Below are positions 19,465-28,213 of a stretch of 64,000 nt of DNA, one piece after another. Position 1 is the first letter of the stretch. Every line of letters begins with the position of its first letter. Below the pieces are notes generated by a model. It was not told the origin of the DNA. It was given only the letters and a program-made list of their open reading frames with translations, and ran no database searches. A program made the position numbers and the translations under genes. The DNA is taken from NCBI GenBank assembly GCA_016186765.1, contig JACPLD010000005.1, forward strand, positions 13,785 to 77,784. The letters run 5' to 3'. This stretch comes from Candidatus Kaiserbacteria bacterium. Lineage in GTDB: Bacteria; Patescibacteriota; Minisyncoccia; Phycocordibacterales; UBA2100.

Positions 19465-21276
19465 ATGATTTCTGATTCCCCCACTCCTTCCTCACCCGGA
19501 GAAGACCTCAAAACAAAACTCTTTAGGCACCGGAGCACTCCGTTGCTTCTGCGCTTTGAGAAAACGCATCGTGCTCTCTCTCCCGGCGAGCGCCTTACAG
19601 TTTTCACGCTCGGGAGTCTCCTCGTCTTGAGTGCTCTCGCGATATTTGCAGGCCTCAGCGGCGCTGCGGGCGTAGAGATTCCCTCCCGTGGAGGAACGCT
19701 CTCGGAGGGCGTAATGGGTCCCGTCCGATTCGTGAATCCACTGCTTGCGCTCTCCGGCCCCGACAAGGACCTGACTGTCCTAGTCTACTCTGGTCTCATG
19801 CGCGCTCTGCCCTCGGGAGAGCTTATCCCCGACCTTGCTAAAAGCTACGATATATCGGAGGACGGCACCGTATACACGTTCACTCTGCGCGATGGCATCA
19901 CTTTTCATGACGGAACGCCGTTGACTGCCGCCGACGTACTTTTTACGGTGGAACGCGCGCGAAATCCAGATTTCAAGAGCGCGCGACGCGCAGACTGGGA
20001 GGGAGTCGCTGTCGCCGCACCGGATCCGCGCACAGTCGTGTTCACGCTCCCCCACGCCTATGCGCCCTTCCTTGAGAACACGACGCTCGGCATCTTGCCG
20101 AAAACTTTGTGGAACGACGTATCGGCAGAAGAATTTCCGTTCCATCCCCTGAACACACGCCCCATTGGAAGCGGACCATACCGCTACAAAGATCTGTCTG
20201 AAAACTCAACCGGTTCGATCACACGGTACGAACTGTCGTCATTCAACAACTTCGCGCTCGGCCGGCCATACCTCGAAAAGATTACGTTCCTCTTCTTCCC
20301 GAGCGAGGAGGATCTTCTCGCGGCGTTCAACACCGGAAGAATTGGTAGCATGGCGGGTGTCTCGCCCCTCTCCGTAGAAGATGTCACAAGACACAACACC
20401 ACGATCGCCCGCGCCACACTGCCCCGCACGTTCGCCGTCTTCCTGAACCAGAGCAAGAACGCACTGCTCGCTGAAGGAGCAGTACGCGCTGCTCTCGATG
20501 CCGCGATCGACAAAGAGCACGTCATCGACGAGGTGCTGAAAGGGTTTGGCGTCGCGCTTGAAAGCCCCATTCCACCCCAGCTGCTTGGCTCCATCTCGAG
20601 GGCGGTGCCCGAGCCACTCACGGGAAGCGCCGAAGTAAGACACGAAGAAAGTGGGAAAGCGGAAGATGCGCGTGACATTCTCTCCCGCGGAGGCTGGATC
20701 TTCGACAAAGAAGACAGTGTATGGACAAAGAAAAAGACGACGCTCGAGTTCACGCTCGTAACAGCTGACGAGCCGGAGCTCTCCGCGACTGCAGAACTTC
20801 TTGCAAGCATGTGGCGAGACGCGGGTATTAAAGTAAATGTACACGTCTACCCACTCTCGGAGCTCAACTCCATCGTAATTCGGCCGCGGGAGTATGAAGC
20901 GATTCTCTTCGGAGAGGTCGTCGGCCGTTCGCTGGATCTTTTCGCCTTCTGGCACTCCTCGCAGCGCAACGACCCCGGCTTAAATCTCGCACTCTATACA
21001 AATAGCAAAGCGGATGCACTCCTCACCCGAGCACGCGAAACGACGAGCAGGCGCGAGCGCGTGAGGCTCTATGAGCAGTTCGAAGACATCGTAAAAAGCG
21101 ACATGCCTGCCGTTTTCCTCTACGCACCGGAGTTCATCTATATTGTTCCAGAGGTGCTGCAGGGTGTCGCGCTCGGAGCACTTACCGATCCTTCAGAGCG
21201 TTTTCTCAACGTTCATGAGTGGTATACCGACACCGAGCTCGTGTGGAACATATTTACGAACAAGATTTCAGAATAA
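19465..21276 (+). CDS. peptide ABC transporter substrate-binding protein (family 5)
   Basis: YTFTLRDGITFHDGTPLTAADVLFT, PIGSGPY. Confidence 0.9.
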   Translation: MISDSPTPSSPGEDLKTKLFRHRSTPLLLRFEKTHRALSPGERLTVFTLGSLLVLSALAIFAGLSGAAGVEIPSRGGTLSEGVMGPVRFVNPLLALSGPDKDLTVLVYSGLMRALPSGELIPDLAKSYDISEDGTVYTFTLRDGITFHDGTPLTAADVLFTVERARNPDFKSARRADWEGVAVAAPDPRTVVFTLPHAYAPFLENTTLGILPKTLWNDVSAEEFPFHPLNTRPIGSGPYRYKDLSENSTGSITRYELSSFNNFALGRPYLEKITFLFFPSEEDLLAAFNTGRIGSMAGVSPLSVEDVTRHNTTIARATLPRTFAVFLNQSKNALLAEGAVRAALDAAIDKEHVIDEVLKGFGVALESPIPPQLLGSISRAVPEPLTGSAEVRHEESGKAEDARDILSRGGWIFDKEDSVWTKKKTTLEFTLVTADEPELSATAELLASMWRDAGIKVNVHVYPLSELNSIVIRPREYEAILFGEVVGRSLDLFAFWHSSQRNDPGLNLALYTNSKADALLTRARETTSRRERVRLYEQFEDIVKSDMPAVFLYAPEFIYIVPEVLQGVALGALTDPSERFLNVHEWYTDTELVWNIFTNKISE

Positions 21277-21286
21277 CGCACATACT

Positions 21287-23143
21287 ATGATGGTACCGGA
21301 CCAACATTCTCACTCGCGCATGGGATCACCCCCGCATACGCGCCCGCGCCCCGGGAGGGGCGCTCTCCGCGGCGCGAGATACGCGCGGCCGCGGCGGCCG
21401 CACGGCGGCCGGCTACGCCTCGAGCACCGCCCCAGCGCCCCGCGCTCGGCTGCTCCCGCGATACCCGAACCAGCGGGAGATACCGTTCGCGTCATCCCGC
21501 TTGGAGGTGTCGAAGAGATTGGCCGCAACATGACCGCTGTTGAGATAGGCCCCGACATCTTCATTCTCGATTGCGGCTTCCAGTTCCGCGAGGAGGAAAC
21601 ACCGGGCGTCGACTACATTCTCCCCAACACGGGCTACCTCGAGGAGCGGCGACACAAAATTCGCGGGCTCCTCATCTCACACGGCCACCTCGACCACATC
21701 GGCGGCATTCCCTACATCATCGATCGCATTGGAAACCCGACGATCTACACCCGCCGCCTCACGGGCAAGATGATACGAAAGCGGCAAGAAGAGTTCGCGG
21801 GAGGCTCGCAGGTCCAGATCCGCGAAGTGGAGAGCGACGAAGTAATAAAGCTTGGGAACGCAACCGTGCGCTTCTTTTCGGTAACGCACACTGTGCCCGA
21901 TTCGATGGGCATCATCATCGAAACGCCGTGGGGAGATGTCGTCTTCACGGGGGACATCAAGCTCGACCACGAGAACGGCGAGCCGACCGAAGAAGAGCAC
22001 CAGGAATTCTCCATCTTCAAGAAACGCAACGTGCTTCTTCTCCTCATGGATTCGACGAATGTCTGGCAACCTGGCTTCTCGATACCGGAATCGACCGTGT
22101 ATCGCACGCTTGAGGGAATCGTCAAAGATTCCAAGGGCCGCCTCATCGTCGCGATGTTCGCCTCGCACTTGGAGCGCCTTATCCGTGTCATGCACTTCGC
22201 AGAGAAGTATGGCAAGAAAGTCGTTATCGACGGCCGCTCGATGCGCACCAACATCGAGATCGCGCGCGAGCTTGGGCTCATCAAGTACAAAGATGACACC
22301 GTGATCGCGGTCGAAGACCTCGGCCACTTCCCGCCGGAGAAGATCATCATTCTCGCAACCGGCGCGCAGGGAGACGAGTTCGCCTCGCTCGCACGCATCG
22401 GCGACAAAACACACAAATATATCCGCCTCACACCAACAGACACAGTGGTCCTCTCCTCTTCCGTCATCCCCGGCAACGAGCGCGCCGTGCAAAAACTCAA
22501 AGACAACCTCTCGCGCCAAGGCGCGCATATCATCACCTACCACGCTTCCGATGTGCACGCCTCGGGCCACGGCAACCGCGAAGAGGCTGCATGGATTCAC
22601 CGGCAGGTCAGGCCGAAATTCTTCATCCCCGTGCACGGCTACCACTACATGCTTCGCGTGCATGCCGACCTCGCTATTGAGCAGGGTGTCGATCCAAAAA
22701 ACATTGCGATCCCCGACAACGGCTCCATCATCGAGATACAAAAGGGTGAGAAGATGGTGAAGCTGCCGATGAAAGCTCCCTCGGAGCTTCGCGTTGTCGA
22801 AGGGCACACCGTGACAGAGCTCTCGGACGTGCTGATGCGCGACCGAAAAGCGCTCGGACAGGAGGGATTTTGCGTCGTCGTGGCAACGATTGATAGACGC
22901 ACCGGCCGCCTTCACAAATCTCCCGACATAATCTCCCGCGGCTTCGTCTACCTCCGCGACAACAAGGAATTGATGGACCAGACGCGCCTCATCATCCGCA
23001 AATCGGTGGAACAGTCGCTTCGCAATCCGCGCTCTGCCGATCTCGACGCCGCCCGCGACGATTTAGCTGAGAGCGTCTCTCGCTTCCTTCTACAGAGGAC
23101 AATGAAGAGACCAATTGTCATTCCCGTAATCGTTTCTGTTTAG
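21287..23143 (+). CDS. rnj: ribonuclease J
   Basis: PLGGVEEIGRNM, SHGHLDHIGG, HASGH, PVHG; Arg/Pro-rich N-terminal extension. Confidence 0.95.
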   Translation: MMVPDQHSHSRMGSPPHTRPRPGRGALRGARYARPRRPHGGRLRLEHRPSAPRSAAPAIPEPAGDTVRVIPLGGVEEIGRNMTAVEIGPDIFILDCGFQFREEETPGVDYILPNTGYLEERRHKIRGLLISHGHLDHIGGIPYIIDRIGNPTIYTRRLTGKMIRKRQEEFAGGSQVQIREVESDEVIKLGNATVRFFSVTHTVPDSMGIIIETPWGDVVFTGDIKLDHENGEPTEEEHQEFSIFKKRNVLLLLMDSTNVWQPGFSIPESTVYRTLEGIVKDSKGRLIVAMFASHLERLIRVMHFAEKYGKKVVIDGRSMRTNIEIARELGLIKYKDDTVIAVEDLGHFPPEKIIILATGAQGDEFASLARIGDKTHKYIRLTPTDTVVLSSSVIPGNERAVQKLKDNLSRQGAHIITYHASDVHASGHGNREEAAWIHRQVRPKFFIPVHGYHYMLRVHADLAIEQGVDPKNIAIPDNGSIIEIQKGEKMVKLPMKAPSELRVVEGHTVTELSDVLMRDRKALGQEGFCVVVATIDRRTGRLHKSPDIISRGFVYLRDNKELMDQTRLIIRKSVEQSLRNPRSADLDAARDDLAESVSRFLLQRTMKRPIVIPVIVSV

Positions 23144-24039
23144 GCAATCCGCCACCTCCCTTTCTCGGAAACGATAAGCCCATCCCGCGCGAGCGAAGCG
23201 AGTGCCCTATCGAACTTCCCTATATAGTGGTTTCGTAAACCACTAATATTCTTGCTGCTCGCAAGTGCGCGAATGATTGCGCCGCGGAGTTGGCGGAACG
23301 AGCCCTCGAATTTTGACTGGCGGGTGTAGTGTGCGCTGCGGTGATTGTTGCGAACACCGGAGCGCTTGAGATACGCCCCATAATCCATAAGCGCCCAGTG
23401 CCATTCCCTCCGTCCGCCACCTGGCGGATTGTCCTCCGCCGCTGAGGCTGCCAGTGGAAGAATTTCCGAATCGCTTATTGCAGTCTTTTGCAAAATACTA
23501 GAATAGAAATTGTGGATGTAGGCGGTTCGGATGTTGGTTTCCAAGAGAATGTCGGGTTCGTTGAAGGCAAAGACACGAATAGCACGAGCTGTGTAATCTC
23601 CTACTCCAGAAAGTGCACGGAGTGATTGATAGTCGCGCGGAACATTTCCACCATGCTTCTCAACAACCTCGATTGCTGCGTCACGCAAATATTTTGCACG
23701 TCTGTTGTAGCCCAGCCCATTCCAGACTTTGAGAACGTCGACAAAATGAGACCTTGCCAAATGGCGGACCGTTGGGAACGCCTTCAAAAATTCTTTGTAC
23801 TTCGGGATCACCCGATGCACCTGCGTCTGCTGCAGCATCAATTCAGAAACGAGGATCTTGTACGGATGATTCGTCCGACGCCACGGCAAATCGCGTCGTC
23901 CCTGTTCTTTCCAATAATTCCACACACCGGAGCGGAAGGAAGCGAGCGGCAGCGCGTGTGTTCGAGGAGACTTGCGAGTGCGACGGCGCGAGCGGGAGGA
24001 AATTTTCAGCAGAAAATTATCCGTGCTCCCAGAACACAT
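23140..24039 (-). CDS. mutY: MutY-like HhH-GPD adenine glycosylase (no FeS-cluster cysteines); start uncertain
   Basis: RDLPWRRT..PYKILVSELMLQQTQV, WNGLGYNRRA, LSGVGDYTA; the first in-frame ATG downstream of the HAD stop lies inside repeat copy 4. Confidence 0.8.
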   Translation of the reverse strand: MCSGSTDNFLLKISSRSRRRTRKSPRTHALPLASFRSGVWNYWKEQGRRDLPWRRTNHPYKILVSELMLQQTQVHRVIPKYKEFLKAFPTVRHLARSHFVDVLKVWNGLGYNRRAKYLRDAAIEVVEKHGGNVPRDYQSLRALSGVGDYTARAIRVFAFNEPDILLETNIRTAYIHNFYSSILQKTAISDSEILPLAASAAEDNPPGGGRREWHWALMDYGAYLKRSGVRNNHRSAHYTRQSKFEGSFRQLRGAIIRALASSKNISGLRNHYIGKFDRALASLARDGLIVSEKGRWRIA

Positions 24040-24053
24040 ACGCTGCAGCGAGC
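23941..24053 (+). repeat. ~110-nt structured repeat, copy 4 (divergent)
   Basis: Same AATTTTC-AGCA-GAAAATT hairpin; GCA/TGC base replaced by GGA/TCC; outer stem re-paired. Confidence 0.85.
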
Positions 24054-24058
24054 GACCA

Positions 24059-24748
24059 TTAAAGCTCATACACCACATCCTTTCGCTCTACGACCAACTT
24101 CCACTTCATCCGTTTCGCATAGCGATATAAGTTCATATTGGGATTGAAGCAAATAGGCTGCGCGACCATCTCGAGAAACGGTATGTCGCTTTCGGTGTCG
24201 CCCACGCCGATCGAAGAGACAAGCGTGAGGTTTTCTTTTTCGACGGCGCGTTTGAGGATCGCAGCCTTGTTGAGAATGAGATGCTCCTCCAGCATTTTGC
24301 CGGTGAACAATTCCTGTGGACCTATTTCGTACACGATGCCGTACGCTTTATTGAAACCCATGCGCGGGCAAAACTTGTCGAGCACGGTTTTTGGCGAATG
24401 TGACACAGCAAGGAGATAGTAGTCTTTCTTCTTGAGATCTTTGATCAAGTCACGCGTGTATCGATAGACGCGCTTCCACTGCTCTTCGACGACCTTCTCG
24501 GCGGCATCCGCAAGAGCCCCGTAGTGAACGCCCTTGAGGTACTTGTTGAATGCTTGCACGACTCCCCCGATGTACTCTTGGTAATCGCCTTCCCTGTTGA
24601 GCCATTTTTCGTATTCGCGTCCGTAAACCTGACGCGCCTCTTTTGGGAACGCACCATCTTCTATCAGCGTATTCACAAGCTGTATTAAGAGACTCGACCG
24701 AAAGATGGTTCCATCAACGTCAAAAACGGCCACACGCTGCTTTGCCAT
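24059..24748 (-). CDS. HAD-IB family hydrolase
   Basis: VFDVDGT, GDTESDIPFLE, PICFNP. Confidence 0.9.
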   Translation of the reverse strand: MAKQRVAVFDVDGTIFRSSLLIQLVNTLIEDGAFPKEARQVYGREYEKWLNREGDYQEYIGGVVQAFNKYLKGVHYGALADAAEKVVEEQWKRVYRYTRDLIKDLKKKDYYLLAVSHSPKTVLDKFCPRMGFNKAYGIVYEIGPQELFTGKMLEEHLILNKAAILKRAVEKENLTLVSSIGVGDTESDIPFLEMVAQPICFNPNMNLYRYAKRMKWKLVVERKDVVYEL

Positions 24749-24801
24749 CGCCCTATCCTATCAAGTTTGCCCGATATGCGCTGGTGCCTTAGAGTGGCTA
24801 G

Positions 24802-25878
24802 GTGAAGCAGAAAATTACGGTGGGCATCCTTTTTGGCGGAAAGTCTGCTGAGCACGAAGTCTCCCTGCGTTCGGCAAAGAGTGTCGGGGACGCGCTCGAC
24901 AAGAAGAAATTCGACGTCGTTTTTATCGGCATTGACAAAAGCGGACGGTGGCTCCCGCCGACTCAATCGCGCAAACTGCTCGCTTCCGCACCTGCACTAC
25001 ACATACAAAAAAGAGAAGGAAGCGTTGCACTCTCGCCTAGCAGTGAGGGAATGCTAGAGAAGGATGGAAAGCCCTCGAGAAAAATCAACGTGGTGTTTCC
25101 GGTCTTGCACGGCCCATTCGGAGAAGACGGTACCGTTCAGGGACTTTTGAGACTTGTCGATGTCCCTTTCGTCGGTCCCGACGTGCTAGGCTCTGCAATT
25201 GGCATGGATAAAGAGGTGGCAAAGCGGCTCTTACGCGAAGCCGGAATACCGGTGGGAAAGTTTCTCGTCCTTCGTGCGAGCGAAAAGCTCTCTTTTGAAA
25301 CTGCTGCCCGCTTGCTTGGTACGCCACTCTTTGTGAAGCCTGCAAACCTTGGGTCATCCGTAGGAGTCGCGAAAGTCCGCACTAAGGCTGAATTCAAAAA
25401 GGCGCTCAAAGACGCATTCCGATTCGACTCGAAAATACTGGTAGAAGAATTCATCAAAGGCAAAGAGATTGAGGTTGCCGTCCTCGGCAACCGAGATCCC
25501 AAGGCATCTCTCCCCGGCGAAGTAATTCCTTCGCATGAGTTCTACTCATACGAGGCAAAGTACCTAGACGAACATGGAGCGCGTTTGGAGATTCCCGCAA
25601 AGCTTCCGAAGAAAATACAGCGACGCCTCCGAGAGCTTGCCGTGAAAACGTTCAAAACGCTCTGCTGTGAAGGTATGGCACGTGTCGACTTTTTCGTGAC
25701 GTCACGGGGTAGAGTGTACGTGAACGAAATAAACACGATCCCCGGCTTCACCTCCATCAGCATGTACCCGAAACTCTGGGAGGCGTCCGAGATCCCGTAC
25801 TCAAAGCTCATCGAGGCCCTCATTCGCCTCGCGATCGAACGCTTTGAGAAGCAGGCCAAGCTGAGGACATCCCGTTGA
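24802..25878 (+). CDS. ddl: D-alanine--D-alanine ligase
   Basis: FGGKSAEHEVSL, LHGPFGEDG, NEINTIPGFT. Confidence 0.97.
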   Translation: MKQKITVGILFGGKSAEHEVSLRSAKSVGDALDKKKFDVVFIGIDKSGRWLPPTQSRKLLASAPALHIQKREGSVALSPSSEGMLEKDGKPSRKINVVFPVLHGPFGEDGTVQGLLRLVDVPFVGPDVLGSAIGMDKEVAKRLLREAGIPVGKFLVLRASEKLSFETAARLLGTPLFVKPANLGSSVGVAKVRTKAEFKKALKDAFRFDSKILVEEFIKGKEIEVAVLGNRDPKASLPGEVIPSHEFYSYEAKYLDEHGARLEIPAKLPKKIQRRLRELAVKTFKTLCCEGMARVDFFVTSRGRVYVNEINTIPGFTSISMYPKLWEASEIPYSKLIEALIRLAIERFEKQAKLRTSR

Positions 25879-26538
25879 TCAGGCCGTAGGCCATCTTTTT
25901 GCGGCGGGAGACCAGAGCCTCGTGAGCGGATGCTTCGAGCAATCGTGCATACGAGCTGGGCAGACATAGCGGCCATAGAGGACAAGGCCGTTGTTGACGT
26001 ACTTCCAATCTTTTTTGGGGATGAGCGCTTCGAGGTCGTGCGAAATTTTCTTGAGATCCGTTTTGTCCGAGAGATCGAAGCGATACGCGAAGCGCTTCAC
26101 ATGCGTGTCTGTCGGGATCCCTTCCCAGACGTCGTAGAGTTCGCCGAGGATGACGTGTGCGGTTTTATAGCCGACGCCGTGCAAGGCCTGCAGTTCTCTT
26201 CCTGAGCATGGCACTCGCCCGCCGGAATTTTTTACCACATCCTTGGCCGCTGCAATGATAGCTTTCGTTTTGTTCCTGAAAAACGGAATGGAAGAGATCT
26301 CCTTTTCGAACACGCGCGGCTTGGCCTGAGCGAAGTCGAGGGCTGTCTTGTACTTTTTGTAGAGTGGTTTGGTAACTCGATTCACCACTTTGTCGGTGCA
26401 TTGCGCCGAAAGAATCACCGAAACAACAAACTGGAACGGTGTATTGTAGCGTAATTCGCTCCTTGGCCTTGGATACACACGCTTGAGATACGCAACAATT
26501 CTTCGTGCACGCGCTCTGCGCTCTCCCACCTTGCTCAT
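25879..26538 (-). CDS. nth: endonuclease III
   Basis: ILSAQCTDKVVN, GVGYKTA, DTHV. Confidence 0.9.
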   Translation of the reverse strand: MSKVGERRARARRIVAYLKRVYPRPRSELRYNTPFQFVVSVILSAQCTDKVVNRVTKPLYKKYKTALDFAQAKPRVFEKEISSIPFFRNKTKAIIAAAKDVVKNSGGRVPCSGRELQALHGVGYKTAHVILGELYDVWEGIPTDTHVKRFAYRFDLSDKTDLKKISHDLEALIPKKDWKYVNNGLVLYGRYVCPARMHDCSKHPLTRLWSPAAKRWPTA

Positions 26539-26987
26539 TGCACGACGATGGGAAACTCTACGGAATCCTCAAGCTCTGGGAGCCCGGATGGATTGTCTTT
26601 GAGAAGCACGAGATTCGCGGGACCGGAATAGTCTTCCACCTCTACCTTTCCCTCGAACGACACGAATTCGGTCGTCATCCAGTTGTCGGCTGTCTGGGCG
26701 ATTCCACCTCCGACATTGTTGTTCTCGGGATCGCGCACCTGAAGTGGGAATGACGCCCCAAAAAACCAGCTTCCTCGCGCCTGCCCCGCTACGCGAAACG
26801 TCCGCGGGACACTCTCGTGAGAGAGAGGACTCGTGACGATGACGTTCTCCGAAACAAATGGCTCTGTCGTTGTAGCTCCAGGAGTCGGTGTGGGAGCAGG
26901 CGTCGGAGAAGGAATGGCGATGAGCGCTGCGCCCAAAATGACAACGATGAACAGAACGACAATAGTGATGATAAGCTTGAGTTGCAT
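26535..26987 (-). CDS. Gmad2 Ig-like domain protein
   Basis: TM anchor, GQARGSWFFGASFP, DNPSGLPE; start placed at MQLKL, 6 nt downstream of TATAAT. Confidence 0.8.
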   Translation of the reverse strand: MQLKLIITIVVLFIVVILGAALIAIPSPTPAPTPTPGATTTEPFVSENVIVTSPLSHESVPRTFRVAGQARGSWFFGASFPLQVRDPENNNVGGGIAQTADNWMTTEFVSFEGKVEVEDYSGPANLVLLKDNPSGLPELEDSVEFPIVVQ

Positions 26988-26994
26988 ATGCACA

Positions 26995-27939
26995 TTATAG
27001 CTCCGAAATGGTCTTTGCAATTTTTGCGGAGTCGTGGCGGGCAATGTCGGCCTCCGAGAAAAAATCGCCAGTGATGATTTTTTTGGCGTACTCCGAAAGC
27101 TTGTCGTCGCACTGTATTGGATACTTTCTCTCCTTCTCATAGGCCGCGACGAGCTTCGCCTCCATTGGTGAGGTATTGCAGATGGCGTAATCAAATTTTT
27201 GAAGACCGCTATACGAAAGCACGGCGTCGGCGATGTCGGAGGCAACGTAGCCGTTCGTCTCTCCCCACTTCGAAAGGAGATTGCAGACGAACACCTTCTT
27301 CGCACCGCTCTGCAAGAGCGCTTCACGCATCCCCTCGACGAGCAAATTGGGAATGACCGAGGTGTACGGATCTCCCGGCCCGATGATGATCGTGTCTGCT
27401 TTCCCGATCGCTTCGGCAGTTTCTTCAAAAAGTTTCGCCGGAGGGTCGAGGAATACTTTCTTGATAGACTTGCTCCCGTCGTGCTTGGGAACGTCGATGT
27501 TCGTTTCCCCGACGATTTCCGTTCCATCCTCCAGAATTGCGTGAAGGTTGGAGTTGTCGAGAGACACCGGCAAGACTTGCCCCTTGATGTCGAGAAGCTC
27601 GGAAGCCTTTCTGATCGCTTCGATGTCGCTGCCATAAATGGACGAGAGCGCTGCGAGAAAGAGATTGCCGAAGCTATGTCCTTTTAGCGTGCCCCCATTC
27701 TCGAAGCGAAAATTGAAAAGTTCACGGAGGATCTCCGCACGCTTTCCTTCGGAGAGCGCTACGAGCGCGCGGCGGATGTCACCTGGGGGGAGAATACCAA
27801 ACTCGTCTCGAAGCACTCCCGAGGAGCCACCGGAGTCGAACATTGAGATGACGGCAGTGATCGAGAAGGGATACTCTTTGAGGCCACGCAAGACGACATA
27901 GCTTCCCGTGCCACCACCGATCGTAACAACACGCTTCAT
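26995..27939 (-). CDS. yvcK: YvcK/CofD-like (GlmR) UDP-GlcNAc-binding protein
   Basis: IGGGTG, DSGGSSGVLR, PPGDIR, GHSFGNL, RHDS. Confidence 0.9.
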   Translation of the reverse strand: MKRVVTIGGGTGSYVVLRGLKEYPFSITAVISMFDSGGSSGVLRDEFGILPPGDIRRALVALSEGKRAEILRELFNFRFENGGTLKGHSFGNLFLAALSSIYGSDIEAIRKASELLDIKGQVLPVSLDNSNLHAILEDGTEIVGETNIDVPKHDGSKSIKKVFLDPPAKLFEETAEAIGKADTIIIGPGDPYTSVIPNLLVEGMREALLQSGAKKVFVCNLLSKWGETNGYVASDIADAVLSYSGLQKFDYAICNTSPMEAKLVAAYEKERKYPIQCDDKLSEYAKKIITGDFFSEADIARHDSAKIAKTISEL

Positions 27940-28081
27940 TCTCGGCAGTATTGCACAGGCGAAGCGACCCTGCTACGATGTATCTACTGGCGAGTGTTGC
28001 GAGTGCAGTACGAAAGCTAGCTTTCGTATGGCCGAGCTGAGGAGCCAGAAATCTCGCTTGCGAGATTTACAACTGAATATC

Positions 28082-28172
28082 GTATCAAGAGTGCGGCGAA
28101 GGAACTGGCCTTACGACCCGCCGGCAACCCTCGAAAGAGAAGGTGCCAATTCCAGCCCGTATGGGAAGATAC
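28082..28172 (+). promoter_or_regulatory. SAM-I riboswitch
   Basis: TATCAAGAG...GGAACTGGCC...CGGCAACC...GGTGCCAATTCC...GATA consensus upstream of metK. Confidence 0.9.
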
Positions 28173-28182
28173 TTTACCAATA

Positions 28183-28211
28183 ATCTCCCTTCGGGGAGAT
28201 ATTTAGTTTTT
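28183..28211 (+). terminator. riboswitch-linked terminator
   Basis: ATCTCCC-TTCG-GGGAGAT then ATTTAGTTTTT. Confidence 0.7.
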
Positions 28212-28213
28212 AC

